From an uncultured bacterium (GTDB taxonomy: Bacteria > Zixibacteria > MSB-5A5 > JAABVY01 > JAHJOQ01): DNA of 64,000 nt. The DNA lies in assembly GCA_965369655.1 (NCBI GenBank), contig CBDUQR010000001.1, positions 64,001-128,000 of the forward strand, given 5' to 3'. Position 1 is the stretch's first letter. Every line of letters begins with the position of its first letter. Below the pieces are notes generated by a model. That model had not been told where the DNA came from. It saw only the letters and a list, made by a program, of their open reading frames with translations, and searched no databases. The translations under genes and the position numbers were made by a program. This document shows positions 48,220 through 57,724 of the stretch, one piece after another.

Positions 48220-50003
48220 TGGATTTCATCGTGTGCAAGGTACGGAGTCAGACAGTCACCATTCTGATGGCATTGTTCGCACTGATTGCAGCCGGTACGC
48301 CGGTCTCACTTGGCTTGGACCTCCCGGCTCAGATTGAGCATGCCGAATCGCTGTTTCGCTCCGGAGACTACGGCAAGGCAGCAGAGGTATTCGCCGAGAT
48401 CGCTGCTCTCAGCCCGAGTTACGAGGGACTTCCCGCGCTGCTTCTGAAAGAAGCAAGAGCCAGATATTACGCCCGGCAATATGCCAGGTCCGAAAATGTC
48501 CTCCAGCGCTTGATATCAGAATTCAGAGATTCTCCATATGTTTCCTCCAGTTACTATTTCCTTGCCAGGATCGATTTCGACAGATCCGACTACCGGCGAG
48601 CGACGGCGAACTTCGTCTCGGCCCATCATTATGCGTCGGGCAGAAGGCTGAAAGATATTTGCCGGGCAAATGTTGTCAATATGCTGGTCGGCTATCTCTC
48701 GTATGCGGAGCAGAAATCAATTCTGTCGGCGTGCCACCGACTCGACAAGAGACTGTTCAGCAGCGCAATATATGATGCCTCGATGAGATTCAGCGAACTC
48801 GGTCTGGATACGCAGGCCGAAAGGATGCTTGACATCTACGCCGCATTCGAGCGGGATGGTGATCCGCGATTCGAAACGCTCCGGAATGAACTGCGGTCAG
48901 GATTGCCGCGCTCGATCGACATAGCGCTGCTATTCCCCCTTTCCGGCGAACTTGCAGCTTACGGGAGACAGATGAATTCAGCCGTTGAGCTGGCTGTCGA
49001 GGCATACGACGATGTGACAATCAATTTGAAGACGTACGATACGTTCGGTAACTCGATAGTCGCAGCGCAGCTTGCGCAGCGAGCCACAGCCGAGGGTGTG
49101 TCGGTCGTGCTCGGTCCGCTGACCTCGCAGGAGGCTGTCGGAGCCGTACCGTATTCCGACTTCTGGTCCGTCCCGATGGTCCTTCCTGTCGCGTCCGAAA
49201 AAGGTCTGACATCCATATCGAAGATGACATATCAGCTCTCGCCCACTCCTGAGGCCATGGGAGAAAGACTCGCGGAGGCAGCCATAGAGGAACTCGGACT
49301 CGATTCCGTCGCGATTCTCGCTCCGAATGACGGCTACGGCAGACAGATGACGGATGGTTTCAAGCGAGTGATGAAGAAGAATCAAGTAGATATCTTTAGT
49401 GAAGTCTACTATCCGCGCGGCGCGACCGACTACCGGAGATTCATGCTGGACCTGAAGAAGACAGTGTTGCCGGATACTTTCGACCCCAGGATCTTCCTCG
49501 ATGAGGAGGGTGATACACTTGAACTCGAAGAGATCGATGTTCAGATACCGGCAATCTTTATTCCCGCTTTTGCTGAAGAACTGCGTTACATTATCCCGCA
49601 ATTGCGCTTCTATCGCATTGGGTCAATCCTTCTCGGAGGCGAGGACCTCGGGAACGATGAAGTTCTGTCGCTGAAAGCTACTAAACTTTTCCCATCGATG
49701 TTCGTGTCGCACACGACTTTCACGCCATCTGACACGGCATGGATCAAGTTCGAGTATCTGTTCAGACAAAAGAACGGCCGAGAACCCACTTCCGTTGCCG
49801 GCATGACGTACGACGCAGTCTGCATGACGCTCGAAGCCGCTGCGCTCGGCGGGTTCACTGCCGACGGAATCGTGCGCGGCTGGGAGCGGCTCGGTCGCTA
49901 CGATGGCGTTACCGGTCCGTTTGAATTCAATGATCAGCGCGAGAATGTGGCGGCGCCGGTCTATTTCCTGCTTGATGGACAGATCGAGAAATGGCTGCAC
50001 TGA
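48219..50003 (+). CDS. TPR plus periplasmic-binding-fold protein (LpoA/LppC-like)
   Basis: N-terminal TPR-like helices; IALLFPLSG, VLGPL, YDGVTG.FEF. Confidence 0.75.
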   Translation: MDFIVCKVRSQTVTILMALFALIAAGTPVSLGLDLPAQIEHAESLFRSGDYGKAAEVFAEIAALSPSYEGLPALLLKEARARYYARQYARSENVLQRLISEFRDSPYVSSSYYFLARIDFDRSDYRRATANFVSAHHYASGRRLKDICRANVVNMLVGYLSYAEQKSILSACHRLDKRLFSSAIYDASMRFSELGLDTQAERMLDIYAAFERDGDPRFETLRNELRSGLPRSIDIALLFPLSGELAAYGRQMNSAVELAVEAYDDVTINLKTYDTFGNSIVAAQLAQRATAEGVSVVLGPLTSQEAVGAVPYSDFWSVPMVLPVASEKGLTSISKMTYQLSPTPEAMGERLAEAAIEELGLDSVAILAPNDGYGRQMTDGFKRVMKKNQVDIFSEVYYPRGATDYRRFMLDLKKTVLPDTFDPRIFLDEEGDTLELEEIDVQIPAIFIPAFAEELRYIIPQLRFYRIGSILLGGEDLGNDEVLSLKATKLFPSMFVSHTTFTPSDTAWIKFEYLFRQKNGREPTSVAGMTYDAVCMTLEAAALGGFTADGIVRGWERLGRYDGVTGPFEFNDQRENVAAPVYFLLDGQIEKWLH

Positions 50004-50836
50004 CCGCCGACCTTCGGCGCAAATATGATTCCCTGATCGAATTGATCTCCACTCTCGAAAGGGTGGTAGTCGCCTTCTCCGGAGGACTCGATTCCGCATT
50101 CGTCCTGTACGCATCGCTTCAATCGCTCGGATCGGACAATGTGCTGGCGGTGACAGGCGATTCACCGAGTCTCGCACGATTCGAGAAAGAGTGCGCTGCG
50201 CGATTTATGCGCTCGCTCAATATTCGCAAACGTCACCTGATTATCGACACCAACGAGATGCAGGATGAAGGCTATATAGCTAATACAATCGATCGCTGTT
50301 TCTACTGCAAGAATGAGCTATATTCGAAACTCGTCGGTATAGCGAATCAGGAGGGGTTCAGTTGTGTGGTCGATGGCTGTAACGCCTCTGACATCGGCGA
50401 TCACAGACCTGGAAGACGGGCTGCCGAGAAATTCTCGGTGAGAAGTCCGTTACTTGAAGTCGGACTGCATAAACCCGAGATCAGAGAGATCGCCCGGCAT
50501 GAGGGTCTCGAAATATGGGACAAGCCCCAGACCGCCTGCCTCGCATCAAGAATTCCATACGGAGAGATTGTGACAGCCGATAAACTATCGATGATCGAAA
50601 AAGCTGAGGCGTTTCTCCGTGAGAACGGTTTCCGCCAGTTGCGGGTGCGCCACCACGGCAAATTAGCCAGAATCGAGCTTGAAGAGCAGGGCTTTGAGTT
50701 GATGACCGATGCTGCAATCAGGAAACGCATCGTCGATCGATTCAGAGATATTGGATTTACGTGGATATCCGTTGATCTCAAGCCCTTTGAAACAGGAAGC
50801 ATGAACATCTCAATAAAGGACTCAGAGAGTGACTGA
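49991..50836 (+). CDS. larE: LarE-family ATP-dependent sulfur transferase
   Basis: AFSGGLDS, DRCFYCK, DHRPG, ACLASRIPYG, LRVRHHG. Confidence 0.92.
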   Translation: MAALTADLRRKYDSLIELISTLERVVVAFSGGLDSAFVLYASLQSLGSDNVLAVTGDSPSLARFEKECAARFMRSLNIRKRHLIIDTNEMQDEGYIANTIDRCFYCKNELYSKLVGIANQEGFSCVVDGCNASDIGDHRPGRRAAEKFSVRSPLLEVGLHKPEIREIARHEGLEIWDKPQTACLASRIPYGEIVTADKLSMIEKAEAFLRENGFRQLRVRHHGKLARIELEEQGFELMTDAAIRKRIVDRFRDIGFTWISVDLKPFETGSMNISIKDSESD

Positions 50837-51071
50837 CAATGAAAAGGAGAAGCGCGTCGCGCTGAAGATGGTTATTGACGGCGAAATCCGCGAGATTTCG
50901 TTCGAAGAGCTGGCTCTCTCGAACAACATGGCTCAGGAGGCGCTCGTCAGACTGATGGTGCGTAAGAAAATAATCGAACCGCGCGAATTCATGGAGGAGA
51001 TGAACGCCGTCCAGAAAGAAAGGTACCGTTCAGGCGACCCGTCTGACGAAGGCCAGACCCCCAACGCGTGA
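50829..51071 (+). CDS. Small hypothetical protein (80 aa)
   Basis: Overlaps the larE stop; helical, protein-like composition. Confidence 0.7.
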   Translation: MTDNEKEKRVALKMVIDGEIREISFEELALSNNMAQEALVRLMVRKKIIEPREFMEEMNAVQKERYRSGDPSDEGQTPNA

Positions 51072-51106
51072 ACCAGACGACGAATATGATCAGACCAGGA
51101 GAGGGA

Positions 51107-51142
51107 ATGTTGAAGGAATCATTTCGGACACATACCTGCGGG
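51107..51142 (+). pseudogene. aspS: Aspartyl-tRNA synthetase-like N-terminal stub
   Basis: RBS AGGAGAGGG then MLKESFRTHTCG (AspS RTHTCG motif), cut by the REP at 51146. Confidence 0.55.
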
Positions 51143-51145
51143 ATC

Positions 51146-51250
51146 GTCATCACGAGGAGCGGTAGCGACGTGGCGATCTCAGGCTCCAGTACTGTGGGTG
51201 GCAGACGTCCTTGCAGAGTCCTGAGCCTCGAAGAGTCTGCCCCATTTTCG
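51146..51250. repeat. REP cluster
   Basis: GTCATCACGAGGAGCG..CGACGTGGCGATCTC, then GGCAGACG..GTCCTGAGCCTCGAAG..TCTGCCCC, homologous to about 36630-36725. Confidence 0.75.
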
Positions 51251-51270
51251 CTTGCATCGGCAGATGTCCA

Positions 51271-51469
51271 GAGGCTGTCCCCAAAGTGCCACTCAACTTG
51301 AGCGGAAAGCTGACCCTGTCGCTCCCGCGAAGGCGGGAGCCTATTTAACGATTACCCATTCAATAGATTCCCGTAATATCCTGAGCACAGCGAAGGGCCT
51401 GTGCGGGAATGACCTCGCTTTCTTTCGCAAGCATGAACACCAACCTATCAGACCTTTTGGGACAGCCTC
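51271..51469. mobile_element. Non-autonomous TIR element copy 2, 199 bp, TSD TCCA
   Basis: GAGGCTGTCCCCAAAG ... CTTTTGGGACAGCCTC inside TGCATCGGCAGATGT-CC-ACATCTGCCGATGCA. Confidence 0.85.
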
Positions 51470-51586
51470 TCCACATCTGCCGATGCACAGAATTCGGTAA
51501 TGTTTAGTGTGGGGCAACTCGCCTTTTTCAATCTGCAGCAACAGATGATTTGACAGGTCATTGATGGTCTGTATATTGATGACCTT

Positions 51587-53788
51587 ATGGCGCCACTGAT
51601 CGACAGGATGCGGACGGAACTGAACGATAGGCAGTTTGAAGCCGCAACTACGGTAGATGGTCCGCTTCTTATCCTTGCCGGAGCCGGTTCTGGCAAGACG
51701 CGGGTTCTGACCTATCGTGCCGCTTATCTTGTGTCCGACCGTGCCGTATCTCCCTTCAATATCCTGGCCGTGACTTTTACGAACAAAGCTGCCAGCGAGA
51801 TGAAAGAACGGATGGAGACGCTTGTCGGTCAGGCGGTGAGAGATATGCAGGTGTCAACCTTTCATTCGTTCTGTGTCAGGATACTCCGGCGATACGGCGA
51901 CAGGTGCGGGCTTCCTCGCGATTTCTCGATATACGATCAGGAAGATTCCCTGAATCTGATACGGCACTGCATGGAGGATCTGCTCATATCGCCGAAGTCG
52001 CATCCACCGAAAGTGATCCGTGAGTTTATTTCATCCGCAAAGGACAAACTGATAGGACCCGATCAGTACGCCGAATCAGCGAAGGCGTATTTCAACAAGG
52101 TAGTGGCCAATGTATATGAATCGTATCAACGGCGGTTGGAAGTTGCCGCTGCGCTCGATTTCGACGATCTGCTCTGCAAGGCGGTCAGATTGCTTCTGGA
52201 TCATCCGGAACTGCTCGAACAGATGCAGAATAGCTACAGATATATCATGGTCGATGAGTATCAGGACACGAATCATGTGCAGTATCTGCTCGTGAAAAAC
52301 CTCGCAGCACGCGACCGGAATATTTGCGTGGTCGGCGATGACGATCAGTCGATATACGGATGGCGCGGCGCGGAGATCAGAAACATCCTCGAATTCGAAA
52401 AGGACTTTCCGGGTTGCAGCGTGGTCAAGCTCGAACAAAACTACAGATCGACTAAGACCATACTCAAGGCTGCATCTAGCGTCGTCGGGAACAACCAATC
52501 CCGGAAATCGAAGACTTTGTTTTCCGAGGGTGACGAGGGCGACAAGATCACTCTGCTGGTTGCAGACAATGATCGCGGCGAAGCGGAGATGGTCGCCGAC
52601 AAGATCGAAGGATTAATCTCTGCTGATCGATTCGGTCGCAGGGAGATAGCGATTCTCTACAGGACTAACGCGCAGTCCCGCGCACTCGAAGAGACGCTCA
52701 AGAACCGTTTCATACCTTACACGATTGTCGGCGGGCTGAGATTCTACCAGCGCAAAGAAATCAAGGATGTGATGGCGTATCTCAAGGTGATGACCAACCC
52801 TCACGATCTGATTTCACTCAGGCGCATAGTCAACACGCCCCCACGCGGTCTCGGCAAAGTTGCGCTCGCGAAAATCGAGAACATAGCGGTCAAAAAGAAG
52901 GTCGGGCCGATTCAATTGATACTGGATGACGACGATTATCTGTTCCTGCCAGGCAGGGCGAGAACCGGCTTGCGCCAGTTTGCAGTTATTCTGAGAACTC
53001 TCGTGACCGCAAAGGACGAAAAGGATCCAGTCGAATTGGTGAAGACTGTCATAGAGCATAGTGAAATACTGCGCGAGATCGACAATGGTGACGCCATTGA
53101 AGCAGAATCGCGGCGAGAAAACCTTGATGAACTGGTGGCGGCGGTCGATGAATTCTGCCAGCGCAACGAGGATGCGACTATCGAATCGTTCCTCGAAGAG
53201 GTATCGCTCTACACCGACATAGACCAGTGGGACAACTCCATCGATTCCGTTACGCTGATGACGCTGCATTCCGCCAAGGGACTCGAATTCCCCGCTGTAT
53301 TCATCACCGGACTCGAGGAAGGTCTGTTTCCATTGGCGAAGTCGCTCGAAAGCGATGCGGAACTCGAGGAGGAGCGCAGGCTTTTCTATGTCGGCATTAC
53401 CCGCGCCGAGAAGCTGCTGTTTATCGCGCACGCGAAAACGCGTCGGCGGTTCGGCGACATGCTCACGCTCGAATCGCGTTTCATATCGGAGCTGCCCGCC
53501 GATGTCGTCGAGATTGAGGAGAAGCTCTACACGCCTCGCGCTGTGTCGCATCGTTCATACCTGTCCAGCGAATCAAAGGTGACATCGTTCGATTCGGACA
53601 CGGTTGATCCTGACGATACATACAGCTATCTGGAGGTCGGTCGATGGGTCACGCATCCAACCTGGGGAGACGGCAGGATTATCGCACGGCGCGGTACATC
53701 AGACTCGACCGAGATCGACGTCATGTTTGAATATGTAGGCCGCAAGAAACTACTCGCCCAATATGCGAACTTGCAGGTGAAAGAGTAA
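51587..53788 (+). CDS. pcrA: ATP-dependent DNA helicase PcrA/UvrD
   Basis: AGAGSGKT, VDEYQDTN, LEQNYRST, TLHSAKGLEF, EEERRLFYVGITRA, C-terminal Tudor-like domain. Confidence 0.96.
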   Translation: MAPLIDRMRTELNDRQFEAATTVDGPLLILAGAGSGKTRVLTYRAAYLVSDRAVSPFNILAVTFTNKAASEMKERMETLVGQAVRDMQVSTFHSFCVRILRRYGDRCGLPRDFSIYDQEDSLNLIRHCMEDLLISPKSHPPKVIREFISSAKDKLIGPDQYAESAKAYFNKVVANVYESYQRRLEVAAALDFDDLLCKAVRLLLDHPELLEQMQNSYRYIMVDEYQDTNHVQYLLVKNLAARDRNICVVGDDDQSIYGWRGAEIRNILEFEKDFPGCSVVKLEQNYRSTKTILKAASSVVGNNQSRKSKTLFSEGDEGDKITLLVADNDRGEAEMVADKIEGLISADRFGRREIAILYRTNAQSRALEETLKNRFIPYTIVGGLRFYQRKEIKDVMAYLKVMTNPHDLISLRRIVNTPPRGLGKVALAKIENIAVKKKVGPIQLILDDDDYLFLPGRARTGLRQFAVILRTLVTAKDEKDPVELVKTVIEHSEILREIDNGDAIEAESRRENLDELVAAVDEFCQRNEDATIESFLEEVSLYTDIDQWDNSIDSVTLMTLHSAKGLEFPAVFITGLEEGLFPLAKSLESDAELEEERRLFYVGITRAEKLLFIAHAKTRRRFGDMLTLESRFISELPADVVEIEEKLYTPRAVSHRSYLSSESKVTSFDSDTVDPDDTYSYLEVGRWVTHPTWGDGRIIARRGTSDSTEIDVMFEYVGRKKLLAQYANLQVKE

Positions 53789-54195
53789 TTGGCAAGGACC
53801 ACTGTGCGTCCAGAGAAGATACAGTGAATAGGCATACAAGATCGGCGAAGGTGATATCCCGTTCAGTTTGGAGAGAGAACACTCTCGGCAATGCTCAGAG
53901 GATATTCGGATTGGTTGAATCCAAACCCTTTAGCTCGGCCAGATCAGGATGAACCCTATACCTCAGCACGCCGTCAATTGCAGTGGTATGTTCTGCTACA
54001 GCTTTGTATTCAGTTATCAATCGATCAAGAGCTGAAGGAACTCGCATCGTCCGTTCGACGATTGAACATCCTTTCCTCGGCGACATCCACACGATTTCCT
54101 CCCGGTACCTCCCCTGCGAAGGAGAAACACATGGATAACGGTAATCATCTCCCAATGGAACCCAACGAGGTCGTACCGTGGGTGGCAGATGTCCA

Positions 54196-54396
54196 GAGGT
54201 TGTCCCATAAGGTAGTTTCGACGGGTCTTGGCGACGACGGAGTCGTCGGTGTGACCTGACGATCTTCTGTAAGCTGTTGCCAGGCATTGCTTCCATTTTC
54301 CGGCAGTTCATCGGTCGCTGATCCCGATCCCTGAGGGACACGTCCGCCTTCGGCGGACGCAAGAACAGCCGGAATGGATGCTTTTGGGACAGCCTC
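54196..54396. mobile_element. Non-autonomous TIR element copy 3, 201 bp, TSD TCCA
   Basis: GAGGTTGTCCCATAAG ... CTTTTGGGACAGCCTC inside TGGCAGATGT-CC-ACATCTGCCA. Confidence 0.85.
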
Positions 54397-54469
54397 TCCA
54401 CATCTGCCAAAATTGTCAATCCGAATTCGATTCAGAGCATGGAATTCAATTGGTCTGTCTCGGAAGGTG

Positions 54470-55288
54470 TTATTCACTGTAAGCTGTAGCATCGTAGTGA
54501 TTATAATGGTCTTGATTTACCAGCTTGGATTTCTTAAGTAACTGAAAAAGCCCGAACTTCTCAACATAAGCCTTCAATTCTCTGTAGTTAGGTGTAAGGC
54601 AATAATAGAATATCATGTATTTCTCATCATCAGAAATCTGCGCTCTAACGAGAGTTGCGTAGAACTCCTTGTCGACAATGCTACTCCGATCAACAAACCA
54701 CAATAGATGATAAAGGGTCTTGAAGTAATTGGATATGTCAAGCGGAAACCCACTCGAGAATTGGTTATGAGCTATCTCCAGAAGTTTCGTATCATCTGAG
54801 ATTGAGGGTCCCATTTTTCGTACTGTATCATCATATTTCCATCGAAAACGACTGTACCATTTGTTGAAACAAGCCTTTCCTTTCAAGCCCTCACTTCGAT
54901 CCTCCAAATTCCGAACCAACTCATTAAACAAATCCATCAATTGAAAAAAAGTGTTCTCGAACTGCTGAAGACTAAGGGTTCTATTCTGCAACTGCATTTG
55001 CTCTCTTTGACCCTGAATCTCATTTCGTGTTAGCTTGAGTTCTTTCCGCTGCAAATGTAGATCTTGTCTCTGTAGATATATGGCGTAAATGAAGCCAGCA
55101 AATGCAAGTGCGGTGAAGAGCGCATTCGCTGCACCAAACATGTCCCCGAACTGGCCTCTATACGGCCAATCTTCGGGCATAAAATGAATAACTGCCACCC
55201 AGTTGCTGAGCCAGATTAGGATTGCTACGACAAGCAATAGTGGTAGCAGCCACCTCTTTTCATTCTTCAACTCATCCTGGCTATCCAT
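54470..55288 (-). CDS. Putative phage abortive infection protein
   Basis: GQFGDMFG.ANALF TM segment, QQFENTFFQL, YFKTLYH, RAQIS..E, VEKFGLF; AT-rich. Confidence 0.85.
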   Translation of the reverse strand: MDSQDELKNEKRWLLPLLLVVAILIWLSNWVAVIHFMPEDWPYRGQFGDMFGAANALFTALAFAGFIYAIYLQRQDLHLQRKELKLTRNEIQGQREQMQLQNRTLSLQQFENTFFQLMDLFNELVRNLEDRSEGLKGKACFNKWYSRFRWKYDDTVRKMGPSISDDTKLLEIAHNQFSSGFPLDISNYFKTLYHLLWFVDRSSIVDKEFYATLVRAQISDDEKYMIFYYCLTPNYRELKAYVEKFGLFQLLKKSKLVNQDHYNHYDATAYSE

Positions 55289-55320
55289 GACAATCTCCTA
55301 TCCAGTATTGAAGTCTTTTG

Positions 55321-55356
55321 CTGTGAGCGGCAGATGTGGACATCTGCCGTGCACAG
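55321..55356. repeat. Empty target palindrome of the TIR element
   Basis: CTGTG..CGGCAGATGT-GG-ACATCTGCCG..CACAG. Confidence 0.85.
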
Positions 55357-55364
55357 GGCAGAAT

Positions 55365-57395
55365 CTATCTACCTGCGGCGGATGTATCAGGCCACTCGCA
55401 ATCATAGCCGACGCCCATCTCGACTTCGACCGGATGTTCCGTGTTGGTGCCATACTGCCGCCAGAGCTTGTTGTTGCTGGTGAAGTCATATTTTACAGGA
55501 TATGTATCGTCTCCGCCAGTGTCGAGGAACAATCCGAGACACATGATATGATCGCGCAGTCCACCCCTCTTCCCTGCAACATTTGATCTGCCGAGTGTCG
55601 TAGCTGCGGTGACTCGATATATGTCGTCGCCCGACTTGTCCCAGAAAATACCGATGCCGTTCGCATTGCCACCACCGAGAGAGAGATTCGGCGCGTCATA
55701 GACGTCGTTGCCCTCGCAATCGATCAGTGTGCCGAGCGTAAAATCATGCCCCGCACCCTGCGCCATATTTTTAGTCGCCGTATAATGATCGTCGCCGGTG
55801 CTGTCGATCAGGATGCCGAGTCCGAAATGCGCGCCCGATCCCTGGACATACCACACACCGCGGTACTCGTCGTCGCCCTTGTCATCGGCGAGGATTCCAA
55901 TCGCGTACCAGTAGGCGCATCCCTGTGCAAACAACCCTGCGGAATACTTGTCGTTTCCTTCGGCATCGACCAGCATCCCGATGCCTCCGGCCCAGGAGTG
56001 CCCGTCGATGTAGTCGCCCCGTTTGCCAAATCCGACACCCTGCGCGAGATTCGAGTTGTAGTCTTTCGTCTGCGAGGCTGGGAACACGATATCAAGCGTG
56101 TCGGCATGGTAATCGTCGTCACCCTTCATATCGATCAGCATCCCCATGCCTTTCGTGAATCCGAATCCCTGCCCAAGCAGATACATATGGTAAGAATCAT
56201 TGCCATCAAGGTCCGAGAGGATTCCGATACCGAATTGTCCCGCACCCTGCGCGCAGATGAACCCATCGTACGAATCTGTCCCTGCCTTGTCGAGCAATGC
56301 GCCGACGCCGAAAAGCCCGACACCACCGGTCATATTGCGGCCGGAGTATATGTCGTTGCCATCGACATCCACAAGAAACGCATATCCGAACAGACCTGCG
56401 CCAAACGATGGTATCCCCTCACCGCTCGACTCGTATGTGTCGTCGCCACCCAGATCGATCAGGATCGATATCCAGTTCTCGATCGATCTGTTGGCGCCAC
56501 CGCCTTCGTAGCAGTCATCGCCGCCAACATCGATTATGAGATAATACTCGTCGTCAGGGTAGTTCTGATCGGACCCATCGTTAATGACAATCCTTCCGAG
56601 CGGTGTATCGTACTCGAAGGAGAAACTGTCGTCGAACGTCACCGCCGCGAGCGAATCTGCGGCATAATCGACAGCGCGCGCAAGATCCTGAACATGGGTA
56701 TAGAGATATTTGAAATCAACAAGCGACGCGAACTCCTCGAGCGTGAAATCGATAATATCATCATCCGAAGCGAGCAGCAACTGCGCCCTGCCGTACATCT
56801 CAGAGAGATCATACTTCTCGGCAGCCTTCTCGAACGCTCGCGCGTGGTAGTGCAGGGAATCGACAGATGCGTAGATCAGGAGCGCGGCAATTAGCTGCAA
56901 TTCATCAGGCAGGGTCGATACGCTTTGTTCGAGTGACACGATTTCATCTTCGGAAAGCGATCCGTTTCCTGTCGATTCAATCAGTCTCTCGATAGCGTTT
57001 GCGAGCGCGTATTGCTCAGCGATCAATGGATAGATTTCTTTCAGCGGATCCCCGATCAGGCCGCGTCGCACGCTTTCATCGAGTCTGCTCGACGCGAATC
57101 CGATCAGGTTCTGCAGCCGACCCGCGTTGCGCTTGACGCTTGCTTTGTAGATGTTCGTGTAATGTTCGATCTTGAAGAAGTCAGAGTGCAGCGTGTAGAA
57201 CAGCGGCAGCACGAACCTGTCGCCGCCGTAGTTGGCCATGTCGCCGTAATCAAATGTCATCGACTCCCGCGTAAGCCCGACTTCAGAGAGAGCCTCCTCG
57301 AATGGATCGATGGACGCCTCATTCGTTTCGTCTCCAGCGAAAAGAGCCGCACTCAGAATCAGCAGTATCGGCGCGAGTATTCTAAGACTGAACAT
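55365..57395 (-). CDS. Secreted protein with Gly/Asp-rich tandem repeats (possible Ca2+-binding beta-solenoid)
   Basis: Signal peptide; about 10 repeats of G.G.L.D..G(D/N)D.Y with (A)QG.G. Confidence 0.8.
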   Translation of the reverse strand: MFSLRILAPILLILSAALFAGDETNEASIDPFEEALSEVGLTRESMTFDYGDMANYGGDRFVLPLFYTLHSDFFKIEHYTNIYKASVKRNAGRLQNLIGFASSRLDESVRRGLIGDPLKEIYPLIAEQYALANAIERLIESTGNGSLSEDEIVSLEQSVSTLPDELQLIAALLIYASVDSLHYHARAFEKAAEKYDLSEMYGRAQLLLASDDDIIDFTLEEFASLVDFKYLYTHVQDLARAVDYAADSLAAVTFDDSFSFEYDTPLGRIVINDGSDQNYPDDEYYLIIDVGGDDCYEGGGANRSIENWISILIDLGGDDTYESSGEGIPSFGAGLFGYAFLVDVDGNDIYSGRNMTGGVGLFGVGALLDKAGTDSYDGFICAQGAGQFGIGILSDLDGNDSYHMYLLGQGFGFTKGMGMLIDMKGDDDYHADTLDIVFPASQTKDYNSNLAQGVGFGKRGDYIDGHSWAGGIGMLVDAEGNDKYSAGLFAQGCAYWYAIGILADDKGDDEYRGVWYVQGSGAHFGLGILIDSTGDDHYTATKNMAQGAGHDFTLGTLIDCEGNDVYDAPNLSLGGGNANGIGIFWDKSGDDIYRVTAATTLGRSNVAGKRGGLRDHIMCLGLFLDTGGDDTYPVKYDFTSNNKLWRQYGTNTEHPVEVEMGVGYDCEWPDTSAAGR

Positions 57396-57513
57396 ATTCC
57401 CTCCCGTTGTTGCGAATAGCAGACTCTACTCAACGGGATCGCCGAAGTCAAGCATTAACTCCGATTCCGATCCTGAAAGGCTTGCCAAATAAGTCCGAAA
57501 CCATCAAAGCATT

Positions 57514-57602
57514 GTCATCGCGAGGAGCGAAAGCTACGTGGCGATCTCATTGTTTATAAAATCGCAAAAACACTGAGATTGCCACGCTTCGCTCGCAATG
57601 AC
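57514..57602. repeat. Inverted REP doublet (REPIN-like)
   Basis: GTCATCGCGAG..CGTGGCGATCTC - AT-rich spacer - GAGATTGCCACG..CTCGCAATGAC. Confidence 0.8.
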
Positions 57603-57724
57603 GACAACAAGGTTATCTTTACAAGCTCTGAACAAACATATCTCTTATCGACCTGACATTTTCGCTTGCCGAAAACCGAGATTTGTTTATATTAGTTTGA
57701 TAATAATTTCACAAGGAGACCATT

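Noticed and set aside
51068-51301. 77-aa ORF as an intact gene
   Set aside because: Most of it is translated REP sequence; only the RTHTCG stub looks genuine.
36737-55356. Recurrent GGCAGATGT/GGGACAGCCTC sequences as a CRISPR array
   Set aside because: The copies are inverted and dispersed over kilobases, with no regular spacers and no cas genes.
57640-57724. Glutamine riboswitch or sigma54 promoter upstream of glnA
   Set aside because: Neither motif is visible; only a sigma70-like TTGCCG...TATATT.
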